NCBI GenBank assembly: GCA_038087875.1
Contig: CM075995.1
Location: forward strand, 10,914,001-10,978,000
DNA length: 64,000 nucleotides
Direction: 5' to 3'
DNA from: Malacoraja senta
Lineage: Eukaryota
Shown: positions 47,910 to 58,303 of the stretch, in pieces
How the letters are laid out: every line of letters begins with the position of its first letter
How positions within the stretch are numbered: the first letter of the stretch is position 1
The notes under the pieces: generated by a model
Databases searched by the model: none
What the model saw: only the letters and a program-made list of their open reading frames with translations
What the model was told of the DNA's origin: nothing
Program-made: the position numbers and the translations under genes

Positions 47910-50900
47910 TGCCTACTTTCAATGACTGGTGTACCATGACACCCAGGACTCGCTGCATCACCCCTTTTCCTAATCGGCTACCATTTAGATAATAGTCTGC
48001 TTTCTTGTTTTTGCCACCAAAGTGGATAACCTCACATTTATCCAATCTGCCAAACATTTGCCCACTCACCCAGCCTATCCAAGTCACCTTGCAGTCTCCT
48101 AGCATCCTCCTCACAGCTAACACTGCCCCCCAGCTTAGTGTCGTCCGCAAACTTGGAGATGTTGCCTTCAATTCCCTCATCCAGTTCATTAATATAAATT
48201 GGAAATAGCTGGGGTCCCAGCACTGAGCCTTGCGGTACCCCACTGGTCACTGCCTGCCATTGTGAAAAGGACCCGTTTACTCCTACTCTTTTCTTCCTGT
48301 TTGCCAGCCAGTTCTCTATCCACATCAATACTGAACCCCCAATGCCGTGTGCTTTAAGTTTGTATACTAATCTCTTATGTGGGACCTTGTCGAAAGCCTT
48401 CTGAAAGTCCAGATACAACACATCCACTGGTTCTTCCCTATCCACTCTACTAGTTACATCCTCGAAAATTCTATAAGATTCGTCAGACATGATTTACCTT
48501 TCGTAAATCCATGCTGACTTTGTCCAATGATTTCACCACTTTCCAAATGTGCTGCTATCCAATCTTTAATAACTGACTCTAGCAGTTTCCCCATTACCGA
48601 TGTTAGACTAACTGGTCTGTAATTCCCTGTTTCTCTCTCCCTCCCTTCTTAAAAAGTGGGGTTACGTTTGCTACCTTCCAATCCTCAGGAACTACTCCAG
48701 AATCTAAAGAGTTTTGAAAAATTATCACTAAGGCATCCACTATTTCTGGAGCTACTTCCTTAAGTACTCTGGGATGCAGCCTATCTGGCCCTGGTGATTT
48801 ATCGGTCTTTAATCCATTCAATTTACCCAACACCACTTCCCGGCTAACCTGGATTTCACTCAGTTCCTCCATCTCCTTTGACCGCGGTCCCCTGCTATTT
48901 CCGGCAGATTATTTATGTCTTCCTTAGTGAAGACGGAACCAAAGTAGTTATTTAATTGGTCCGCCATATCCTTGTTCCCCATGATCAATTCACCTGTTTC
49001 TGACTGCAAGGGACCTACATTTGTTTTAACAATCTCTTTCTCTTCACATATCTATAAAAACTTTTGCAGTCAGTTTTTTAGGTTCCCTGCCAGTTTTCTT
49101 TCATAATCTATTTTCCCTTTCCTAATTAAGCCCTTTGTCCTCCTCTGCTGATCTCTGAATTTCTCCCAGTCCTCTGGTATGCTGCCTTTTCTGGCTAATT
49201 TGTACGCATCATCTTTTGCTTTGATACTATCCCTGATTTCCCTTGTTATCCACGGATGCACTTGCTTCCCTGATTTATTCTTTTGCCAAACAGGGATGAA
49301 CAATTTTTGTAGTTCATCCATGCAGTCTTTAAATGCCTTCCATTGCATATCCACCGTCAACCCTTTTAGAACTAATTGCCAGTCAATCTTGGCCAATTCA
49401 CATCTCATACCCTCAAAGTTACCTTTCTTTAAGTTCAGAACCGTTGTTTCTGAATTAACAAAGTCACTCTCCTTCCTAATGAAGAACTCAACCATATTAT
49501 GGTCACTCTTGCCCAAGGGGGCATGCACAACAAGACTGCTAACTAACCCTTCCTCATTACTCAATACCCAGTCTAGAATAGCCTGCTCTCTCGTTGGTTC
49601 CTCTACATGTTGGTTTAGATAACTATCCCACATACATTCCAAGAAATCCTCTTCCTCAGCACCCCTGCCAATTTGATTCACCCAATCTATATGTAGATTG
49701 AAGTCACCCATTATAACTGTTTTGCCTTTGTTGCACGCATTTCTAATTTCCTGTTTGATGCCATCCCTAACTTCACTACTACTGCTAGGTGGCCTGTACA
49801 CAACACCCACCAGCGTTTTCTGCCCCTTAGTGTTTCGCAGCTCTACCCATACCGATTCCACATCCTCCAAGCTAATGTCCTTCCTTCCACTGCGTTAATC
49901 TCCTCTCTAACCAGCAATGCTACCCCACCTCCTTTTCCTTTCTCTCTATCCCTCCTGAATATTGAATATCCCTGGATGTTCAGCTCCCAGCCTTGGTCAC
50001 CCTGGAGCCATGTCTCCGTGATCCCAACTAAATCATAATCATTAATAGCTATCTGCACGTTCAACTCATCCACCTTATTACGAATGCTCCTTGCATTGAG
50101 ACACAAAGCCTTCAGGCTTGTTTTTACAACGCTCTTACCCCTTATACAATTATGTTGAAAAGTGGCTCTTTTTGATTTTTGCCCTGGATTTGTCTGGCCT
50201 ACCACTTTTACTTTTCACCTTGCTACCTATTGCTTCCGCCCACATTTTACACCTCTCTGATTCTCTGCTCACCCATTTAAGAACCCCACCACCTCTTATT
50301 CTCTGTTTATTATTGTTTTCTTCTTTCCCCCCTACATATTGGGTCTGAGTGCTTTCCTTCTCTGCCTCCTGCCTCACACACTGTCTAATAGCTTTCTCTA
50401 TTTGAGTCCCTCCCCCCAACCATTCTAGTTTAAAGTCTCCCCAGTAGCCTTTGCAGATCTCCCCCGCCAGGATATCGGTCCCCCTCAGGTTCAAGTGCAA
50501 CCCATACTTTTTGTACAGGTCGCACCTTCCACAAAAGAGGTCCCAATGATCCAGAAATTTGAATCCCGGCCCTCTGCACCAGTCCTTCAGCCATGCATTT
50601 ATCCTCCACCTCGCTCCATTCCTACTCTCACTGTCGCGTGGCACAGGCAGTAATCCCGAGATTGTTACTTTGCTATCCTTCTCTTTAACTCCCCTCCTAA
50701 CTCCCTAAATTCTCCTTTCAGGACCTCTTCTCTTTTTTTACCTATGTCATTGGTACCTATATGTACCACGACCTCGGGCTCCTCTCCCTCCCCTTTCAGA
50801 TTATCTTGGACACGTTGAGACACATCACAGACCCGGGCACCAGGGAGGCCAAACTACCATCCGAGTCTCCCGACTGCGTCCACAGGATCGCCTGTCTGAC

Positions 50901-51418
50901 CCCCTAACTATAGAGTCCCCTATTAGTATTGCCCTCCTCTTCTTTTCCTTACACATCTGAGCAACAGGACCGGTCTCTGTACTGGAGGCCCGGCCGCTGT
51001 TGCTACCCCCAGGTAGGCTGTCCCCCCCAACAGTGCTCAAACAGGAGTACTTATTGTCAAGGTTAAAGTTATTGAGTACAAGAGTCAGGAAGTCAAGATG
51101 CCGCACTATATGTCTTTGATTAGGCTCCCTTTGGAATATTGCGTGCGGTTCTGTTGCCCCATTACAGGAAAGACTCGGAAGGTTTGGAGTGGGTCCAGGG
51201 TGCAACCAGAATGCTGCATGGATTTGAGGGTTTCATAAACAGGGAGAGGTTGGATAGACTTTGATTATTTACTCTGGAACGTTGGAGGTTGGAGGGTACA
51301 CTTGATAGAAATATATAAAATTAAGATTACAATTTTAATTATTTTTTCATAAATGCGCTATTCGATCGAGTAAAATTCTGAGATTCAATATAAATAATCA
51401 ATTTCTTTCCAACTCAAC

Positions 51419-51585
51419 CTGTTATTCTTGTCCACTGAAATATCTCTCGTATGTTAACATGAAGCTGACTTTGTCCACCGCTTCTTCTGTCGTCTGCTCT
51501 AGCCTCTCACGGTAATAATTTGTCAATTGAAATAGTTGATCATCATCCATCACTTTCAGGAGCTCAGTGATTATAGATATTGCAT
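51419..51585 (-). pseudogene. NLR-like receptor exon (first half of the N-terminal death-fold-like domain) with an in-frame stop
   Basis: Acceptor ttgcttacag| and donor CAG|GTTGAG. Reads (D)AISIITELLKVMDDDQLFQLTNYYRERLEQTTEEAVDKVSFMLTYERYFSGQE*Q, with TAA at 51422-51424. Confidence 0.78.
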
Positions 51586-52476
51586 CTGTAAGCAAAATGG
51601 GGGAAACCACAAAACATATTATCAAACTTATGTGGGCCGTAAGATTGCGTCTTTCAATGGAACCGCTCAAGGATGTTAGCAACCCTCGCATACAGAATGC
51701 AGTTCATTGATATGTAAAGTGGTCTTTGAGAGACAAGTTCCCTTGTCTCCCCTCTCCTCCAAGGTCCGTTTAACCTGGAAAATGTACCCAGAGTTGAAGA
51801 GAAGTAACTGGTCCTGGGGCTCCGATGATCATCTTTGATTGTTTTACATTTGTTCAGACTAGGCAGTGGGCCGAGGAGCTTTATTCCAGTGTTTCGTGAC
51901 CCAAGTCACCAAACTACATGAAATTTTAACATATTGTGTAAAAATATTATATACATCACACCTTAAACTCGTTATGAACAAGACTTGCACATTTTTTATT
52001 AAATTAGAGATAAACCGGAACATTTTCGGGTATTTGTAGTCCAATCAAAGCACGTTTAACATTGAGTTGTACGGCAGTTGGCCAATCACGCGCTTTGTTT
52101 CAGGCTAGCTAGGCAGGGAGCACTGAGAGTGCTTCACTGATGCCCGTTTTACTGGAGATTCCGATGAAGATTCTTTCTAGTTCTGTGGAATACATGTTGT
52201 GGAAACTTGCAGCAGGGTAATTGAATTTAGTGAGAAAAATTTAGTGAGAAAAGCATTAAGAAGTCTGAAGAATGTGCTGCTAAGTGGATGGAAGTGGAAC
52301 AAAGCCTTGAAAGCAAAGTCGCTGCTGAGGTGCTGCAACACAAAGGGGACAGCCAGGAATCAACTCTAACGGAAAGGTAAGATCTAAAGTCTGAATTTAT
52401 GAAAATCTATCTGTAGGGACTTTAATTAATTTAATTGCACCCTTTTATAATGTGAAAATGAGATTTGGAGGCTGTA

Positions 52477-52592
52477 CATTCACTCATTCATTCATTCATT
52501 CATTCATTCATTCATTCACTCACTCATTCATTCACTCACTCATTCATTCCCTCACTCATTCATTCCCTCATTCATTCACTCATTCATTCACT
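52477..52592. repeat. (TCAT/TCAC)n microsatellite
   Basis: Read directly. A second (TTCA)n tract lies at 54523-54565. Confidence 0.97.
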
Positions 52593-53059
52593 CAGCGGCG
52601 ACCCGAGCCCGGCAGCGGCGACCCGACTCGGGCTTGGAGCTGTGGCGGCGGCAGCAGCAGCAGGGCGACCCGACTCGGCCTCGGAGCTGTGGCAGTGTTC
52701 CAGCGGCAGCGGCGACCCGACTCAGTCATGGAGCTGTGGCGGCGGCAGCAGCAGCAGCGGCAGCGGTAGCGGCGACCCGACTCGGCCTCGGAGCTGTGGC
52801 GGCGGCAGCGCCGACGCGACTAGGCCTTGGAGCTGTGGCTGTGGCGGCGGCAGCGGCCCGACCTCGGAGGCTCGGCCGCGGGCCCGGCGGACTCGGCCGT
52901 GGGCCCAGTGGACGACATCGTCTGGAGCTCGCGGATCACAGGTTGGTGACCTGTTTTTCCGGAACTCCCGCAACGACAGCTTCGTCCGCTGGTCTGGAGG
53001 GCGGCAGCTTCGGCAGCTTCGACCAAAGACACTAGAGGAGCTATATAATCTTTGGAGGG

Positions 53060-53232
53060 AAGGGGGGGAGAGAGGGAAGGGAGGGAGGGAAAGAACGGAG
53101 AGAGATGGAGAGAGGGAGGGAGATCGAGAGAAGAGAGGGGAGAGAGAGAGATCGGGAGAGGAGAGGGGAGAGAGAGAGATCGAGAGAAGAGAGGGGAAAG
53201 AGAGATCGAGAGAAGGGGAAGAGAGAGAGATC
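53060..53232. repeat. GA-rich low-complexity tract
   Basis: Read directly. Confidence 0.95.
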
Positions 53233-53468
53233 GAGTCTGACTCCGCGGTGTTTTCGATCCAGCGCCGCCCGCCCGCGGCGGGACGCCCTCAGACCGCAGA
53301 CCGCAGACCCTCGATGTTGGTGGTCGGCAGACACAGCACTCCGGAGCGGCGACCCGGCAAGGCATCACCCGCTCCGTGTTGGTGTCCCAGCGCTGAGAGA
53401 GAGAAGGGGAGAGGGAGAGGGAGAGTGGAACGATGGCACGTTATAACGCGCAGCCGTCCCATTCCGAC

Positions 53469-53504
53469 CAAAGATTATAGAGCAGAGCTCCTCTAGTATC
53501 TTTG
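53469..53504. mobile_element. 36-bp fused-TIR remnant with perfect 8-bp TSD
   Basis: ATTCCGAC|CAAAGATTATAGAGCAGAGCTCCTCTAGTATCTTTG|ATTCCGAC. Confidence 0.85.
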
Positions 53505-53547
53505 ATTCCGACCGCCGCCGCCGAATCCCCCGCCCCACCATTGCACC

Positions 53548-53584
53548 CAAAGATTATAGAGCGAGTGGAGTTTTATAATCTTTG
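53548..53584. mobile_element. 37-bp fused-TIR remnant with perfect 8-bp TSD
   Basis: ATTGCACC|CAAAGATTATAGAGCGAGTGGAGTTTTATAATCTTTG|ATTGCACC. Confidence 0.85.
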
Positions 53585-53689
53585 ATTGCACCCTTCTTCA
53601 CGGCGGGTTGTGATCTTTGCTTGTGGTGTCTCCACAATTCGAGGGACATAACCGGTAACAGCCGCCGCGTTCTCGGACCCGAATGTGAG

Positions 53690-53748
53690 CTGGAAAAATC
53701 TCGTGGTGGGCCTAATGTGTCCCGCGGGCCATATTTTGGAGACCCCTG
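53690..53748 (-). mobile_element. Single hAT (Charlie/Buster-like) transposon end
   Basis: The minus strand begins CAGGGGTCTCCAAAATATGGCCCGCGGG, typical of vertebrate hAT termini. The partner end was not found. Confidence 0.55.
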
Positions 53749-53956
53749 CCTTACAAGAACAAAACCAAAAACGTACAGAAGTGTTAAAATTATTGACTTT
53801 ATTATTGGTAAATAAAGATCTATTAAAAATAATTCCAATAACTTTCTAATGTACCGACAAACCTAGTTTCCCAATGACCGTTGATGGGAGACCAGAAAAT
53901 AACATTTTCAGTTCAGAATAAAATCGACAGATGTCAAATATAATATATTTTCTCAC

Positions 53957-54066
53957 CTTTCTTTTTTATCGGGGAACCTAAAGAATGACAGGTCGGGTCG
54001 TTTACATTGACGATTAGAGCAATTGATAGCAGAGCAGTGAGATGAAGATTTAGATGTAGATGCCAT
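53957..54066 (-). pseudogene. First exon of a THAP zinc-finger transposase (orphan)
   Basis: MASTSKSSSHCSAINCSNRQCKRPDLSFFRFPDKKE(R): C-x4-C and FxFP THAP signature, then a phase-2 donor AG|GTGAGA. Confidence 0.8.
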
Positions 54067-54889
54067 GACTGTAGTCGAGGCACGCGGTAAAATGGCGTCA
54101 ACAATCACCCATGGCATACTACCCTTTTTTCGCTGAGTGGCGCATCTTGCTCCGCTATATAATCTTTGGATTCGACCACCCTGGGCGGTGGAGTTTGAAC
54201 CGGCCCGTTCGCGGAGCAGGGTTGAGCCGCGGGACTGACTTACTTTACCATCACCCGGTGGGGTCACAACATCTGAATTACCATCACCCGGTGGGGTCAC
54301 AACATCTGAAGCCTGGATCGCCTCGGCGCAGAGGGAAAACAAAGAGGAAGAGGCAGAGACTTTAAGGTTTTGCCTTCCATCACAGTGAGAAGGTGCCTGG
54401 TGAACTCACTGTGGTGGATGTTAAATTTGTGTTTATTGTGTGTTTTTGTCATTTTTATTATATGTATGACTGCAGGCAACGAAATTTCGTTCAGACTGAA
54501 AGGTCTGAATGACAAAAATAAAATTCAATTCAATTCATTCATTCATTCATTCATTCATTCATTCACAACCCGTTAATTAGGCTGGTTCAGGAGCAGGACC
54601 TCTGCGACAGTGTCATTAAAAAAACACTCACAATTATATTCATCATATTATTTTAATATAATATAATTATAATTAATTATATATGATTACAGTCATATTT
54701 ACAAGTTATAGTTTAAATGGACTGCATATAGTTTAAATGGACTGCAACACGGAAATAGGCTGCCCATGGTGTAATATGGGCATTGACAGCTAGATGGCGG
54801 TCACGTTCCCGATCTCATTTTCTAATTAGTTTAATTAATTAATGTGCAGCTTTTGGCAATGACGAGTTATGACTTCCTTCTCAATTATA

Positions 54890-55462
54890 TCCGTCCGTCC
54901 GTCCGTCCGTCCGAGATGGGGTAGGTGAGGGAGGGGGAAGAGTGTGGAGGGAGGGGGAAGAGTGTGGAGGGAGAAAGAGGAGAGACCCAAGAAGAAATAA
55001 CTGAATATGTCGAGGATCAACGAGAAAGAACACAAAACATGGCGCAAGAGACACAACAAAAATGAACATAACTGAATACATTTTATCTTTACCATTTAAA
55101 TTGTTGTATTTTAAGTTATTTACATTTTAAGATTTAATAAATCACGTTTCCACTTGCAGCGCCTGTCATCCGCTATCTCCCTGCTCTCTCTCTCTCTTTG
55201 ACCTTTATCTTTTTCTCTGCCCTATCTCTCTCTTCCACTCTGTCTGTGCACACTCTCTCTGCCCCCCCCCCCACTCTAGACGCACTTGAGAGGTAAGGGC
55301 TATTCGTCAGTGGATAGGGTGGAGATGGGATAAAAGAAGCCAATTAATAAAATTAAGATAATATCAAGGGGTGTGATGAGTGTGTGTGTTTGTGGGTGCA
55401 AGATTCCAACCCCGCAACCGTGCTTTGGAGGAACAGACCCAACGGGTCTGCACTTGGTCTAG
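54890..55462 (+). mobile_element. Putative non-autonomous Helitron
   Basis: 3' hairpin CAGACCC-AAC-GGGTCTG (55434-55450), then CTAG|T. Candidate A|TC start at the (TCCG)n tract; the 5' boundary is uncertain. Confidence 0.55.
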
Positions 55463-55629
55463 TTTCATCTAAATCCGTGGAAAATTTCATGTAGTTTGGT
55501 GACTTGGGTCACGAAAACTGATTTCTAGACACATTTTTGATGCTCGGCCCACAGCTAGTTCTCTGCAATCTTCCTTCCCTCACATATTCATCAACCCCAC
55601 CATCATTTTCCTCTCACTAACCTGGGCTT

Positions 55630-55811
55630 GAGGAAATTTATTGCAGCCAGTTAACCTGCCAATTAGCACATGATCTGGATGTGTGCAGAAAGGAGAGCGC
55701 CCGGGAGGGAGCCACGTGGTCATAGCGAGAATTCACCAATCCCACCAGGTCAGTGTCAGGTGGGTCATGGGACTGCAAGAGACAGCTGTACTGTGGCTGT
55801 GCAACTGTGCA
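55630..55811 (-). mobile_element. Degenerate V-SINE (HE1-like)
   Basis: Resembles the reverse-complement V-domain consensus (...gagcacccggaggaaacccacg...). Confidence 0.5.
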
Positions 55812-55869
55812 CAAGTCCCCTTTGGCTCATGAAACTCAAAACAATGATCCCATTTCTTAAACTTAAAAT

Positions 55870-56075
55870 ACTATCTCAATAATTCAGAGCAGCTATGTCC
55901 TAATGGGTTCCACACCATCATATTTTGTAAAAGTTCCTTCAAATTTGAATGTTTGACCAGGTTTTTGGTCACATTTCTGTTATTTCCATTTAATGCCCTT
56001 GACAGGTTATGGTTTTTCACATTGGATACGATGAACTTTAAGTGCTGTTGTGTTCGATAAATCACCGGATTCAAC
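55870..56075 (-). pseudogene. Probable second exon of the NLR-like pseudogene (Asn-rich linker)
   Basis: Open frame NPVIYRTQQH...NLSRALNGNNRNVTKNLVKHSNLKELLQ in unique sequence, on the same strand and in the expected order. Splice sites not clearly identified. Confidence 0.4.
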
Positions 56076-56154
56076 CAACAGAGTGTGAATAACTATTTAT
56101 TTTGTTACACTACCAAATAAGGCACATAAACAGGATGTTCCTGTTCTTGATCAC

Positions 56155-56437
56155 CTGGCACCGTTCGTGACACGGTCCAAGGTTCGGGCTCTCTCCTCAG
56201 AAGCGTGCCTGACATCATCCTTTATGGCATTTCTTATCTGAGCAGACCGTTCCACTGTCCCTTCCTCGAGCCAATTATAACCCCCCGTCTGCAACGTTTT
56301 TGCACTACTAGCGGAAGTCGCACATGTGGTCACCAAACTGTGTTTTTCTCAACAAAGCTACACTTTCCCAGGAATGGTGTGAGAAGAGTGAGACTTTCTC
56401 AGGCACTGTGAACAGGTGCAAGGAAATCTGAAGCCAT
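56155..56437 (-). pseudogene. Probable first coding exon of the NLR-like pseudogene
   Basis: ATG at 56437 (MASDFLAPVHSA*), TGA at 56399-56401, a frameshift, then SASSAKTLQ...NAIKDDVRHASEERART and donor AG|GTGATC. Resembles batoid NLR N-termini from memory. Confidence 0.5.
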
Positions 56438-57858
56438 GTCTGGGAAACATCTTATTTTCAAAGAGTTTAGAAAGTTTAGATTTAGTTGATCATTTTAGTT
56501 GAAATTGTCTGTTCAACCCGTACAATACAAGTGCACAATATATTTTAATGCAACTATTAGTTTTCATAATATTTTATTCATATTGAAATTCACAACTCTT
56601 TACTTGCCCCAAAATTAAACTGCCATGAACATTTTGATGGGTTTGGTAAATATTCCATCCCTTTATTGTATATATTAGATTATATCTCACAAACAGCTAT
56701 CTTTCCAAATGCATCGGTAACCTTAGCTAGGGTCATAAAATGATACAATGCAAATTGAGCTCATACAGCTCATCAAGTGCATTATTACATCCAATGACAA
56801 CCATTCTGCAAGGCTAAAGTTCCTCTTTATTGCACATTCCATATAATCCCTGCAGACCTGCAAGGACTGCAGCAGGTGAAGGAGTGCAGAGATTGGCTGA
56901 GAGGCAAGCTATTGAGAGTTTTCTCAGTGTTTCTTTTCAGTAGCGGTCAGTTTAAAAACTGGGCGGGAGCAGCTTAGAACACATACCTTCAAGAACGGCA
57001 GCAGTTGAAAGAGTGCAGGGATTGGCTGAGAGAAATGGCAGGCATGTTGGTGCAGTGTGTTTCCTGCAGGATGTAGGAAGTCAGGGACACGGCTGGTGCT
57101 TCTGGAAACAAAACCTGCAGAAATTGTGTCCTGAACAAACGTGTTAGGGAACTGGAGAAGCAGCCGGATGACCTCAGGGCCATCTGGGAAAACGATCGTT
57201 TCATGGACAGGACCTACAGTGAGGTTGTCACGCCAAGGATACAGGGAGAGCGAAGATGGGAGACTGTGAGAAAGCAGAGTAACCGTGGAGTGCAGGAGAC
57301 CCCAGTGGCTGTGCCAAATGAAAACAGGTACACCCTTTTGGGAGCTGTCGGGGCAGACGACGCTTCCAGTCCAAGTGGCGGACAGGTCTGTGGCTCTAAT
57401 CCTAGCGATGAGACTCGACTGGCGAGACCGATGTCAAGCAGAGCTATAGTGGTGGGTGACTCCAATGTCCGAGGTGCGGACTGGAGATTATGTGGAGGCA
57501 GGCGAGACTCGAGGATGGTCTGTTGACTCCCTGGTGCCATGGTTCAAGATATCACAAACCGACTTCAGAACATCCTCGAGAGGGAAGGTGAACAGCCGGC
57601 AGTAGTTGTGCACGTGGACGCAAACGACGTCGGGAAGAAGTGGATGGAGGCTCTGCAACTTGAGTTTAGAGTTAGGAAGAAGACTGAAACACAGGACTTC
57701 GAGGGTGGTTATCCCTGGATTGCTTCCAGTAACTCATGCTAATGAGGGCAGGAACAGGGAGATAGGGGATCTGAATGTGTGGCTGGGGGGCTGGTGCAAT
57801 GAGCAAGGATTTAGCTTGATAGACCACCGGGATCTCTTCAGGGGTAGGGGTGACCTGT

Positions 57859-57927
57859 ACAAAAGGGACGGGTTACACCTTAACTGGAGGGGGACCCTCC
57901 AGTTAAGGTGTAACCCGTCCCTTTTGT
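57859..57927. repeat. Perfect 33-bp inverted repeat with a 3-nt spacer
   Basis: ACAAAAGGGACGGGTTACACCTTAACTGGAGGG-GGA-CCCTCCAGTTAAGGTGTAACCCGTCCCTTTTGT. Confidence 0.97.
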
Positions 57928-58303
57928 TTCTTGTAACTTTCCCGAATTAATGGGAAAGAAAGTTTGAGAAGGGTTAAGAGAGTAAGGTCAGGGCTAATAG
58001 TGACCGGAGTGAGATAGGAGTTGAATACTGAAGTTAAAGTGTTGTATATGAATGCACGAAGTATAAGAAATAAAGTGGATGAGCTTTATGTTCAGTTAGA
58101 AATTGGCAAGTATGATGTTGTGGGAATTATTGAGACATGGCTGCAAGAGGGCCAGGGCTGGGAACTGAATATTCAAGAGAATACCTAGTATCAAAAAGAC
58201 AGGCAGGTGGGCAGAGGGGGTGGGGTGGCTCTGTTGGTGAGGAATGAAATTCAGTCCCTTGCGAGGGATGACATAGAATCAGGAGATGTAGAGTCAGTAT
58301 GGA

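Larger units (their letters stand above)
46272..51062 (-). mobile_element. CR1 copy of the same young subfamily as 9227-14190, 5'-truncated in ORF1, frameshifted
   Basis: Near-identical over about 3.8 kb to 9227-13232, with different flanks. Confidence 0.95.
53024..54168 (-). mobile_element. P-element-like (THAP9-type) non-autonomous DNA transposon
   Basis: Ends read CAAAGATTATATAG and CAAAGACACTAGAG. 8-bp TSD GCTTCGAC (53016-53023) / GATTCGAC (54169-54176). A THAP exon starts about 100 bp from one end. Confidence 0.75.
52593..54565 (+). mobile_element. GC-rich non-coding retroposon (SINE-like), interrupted by a P-like element
   Basis: 52890-53023 and 54169-54520 are collinear with 62212-62625. 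3' hairpin, AATAAA and simple-repeat tail. Confidence 0.72.
51864..55554. mobile_element. Non-autonomous DNA transposon with terminal and subterminal inverted repeats, host to several nested elements
   Basis: Perfect 36-bp inverted repeat at 51892-51927 and 55481-55516. Outer GTGGGCCGAG/CTCGGCCCAC at 51866-51875 and 55543-55552. Confidence 0.75.

Noticed and set aside
52465..53496. 343-aa ORF and overlapping ORFs
   Set aside because: Made of microsatellite, GC-rich repeat and GA-tract translations crossing several element boundaries.
54245..54310. Exact 33-bp tandem duplication (similar small duplication at 2131-2167)
   Set aside because: Ordinary local slippage duplication inside repeats.
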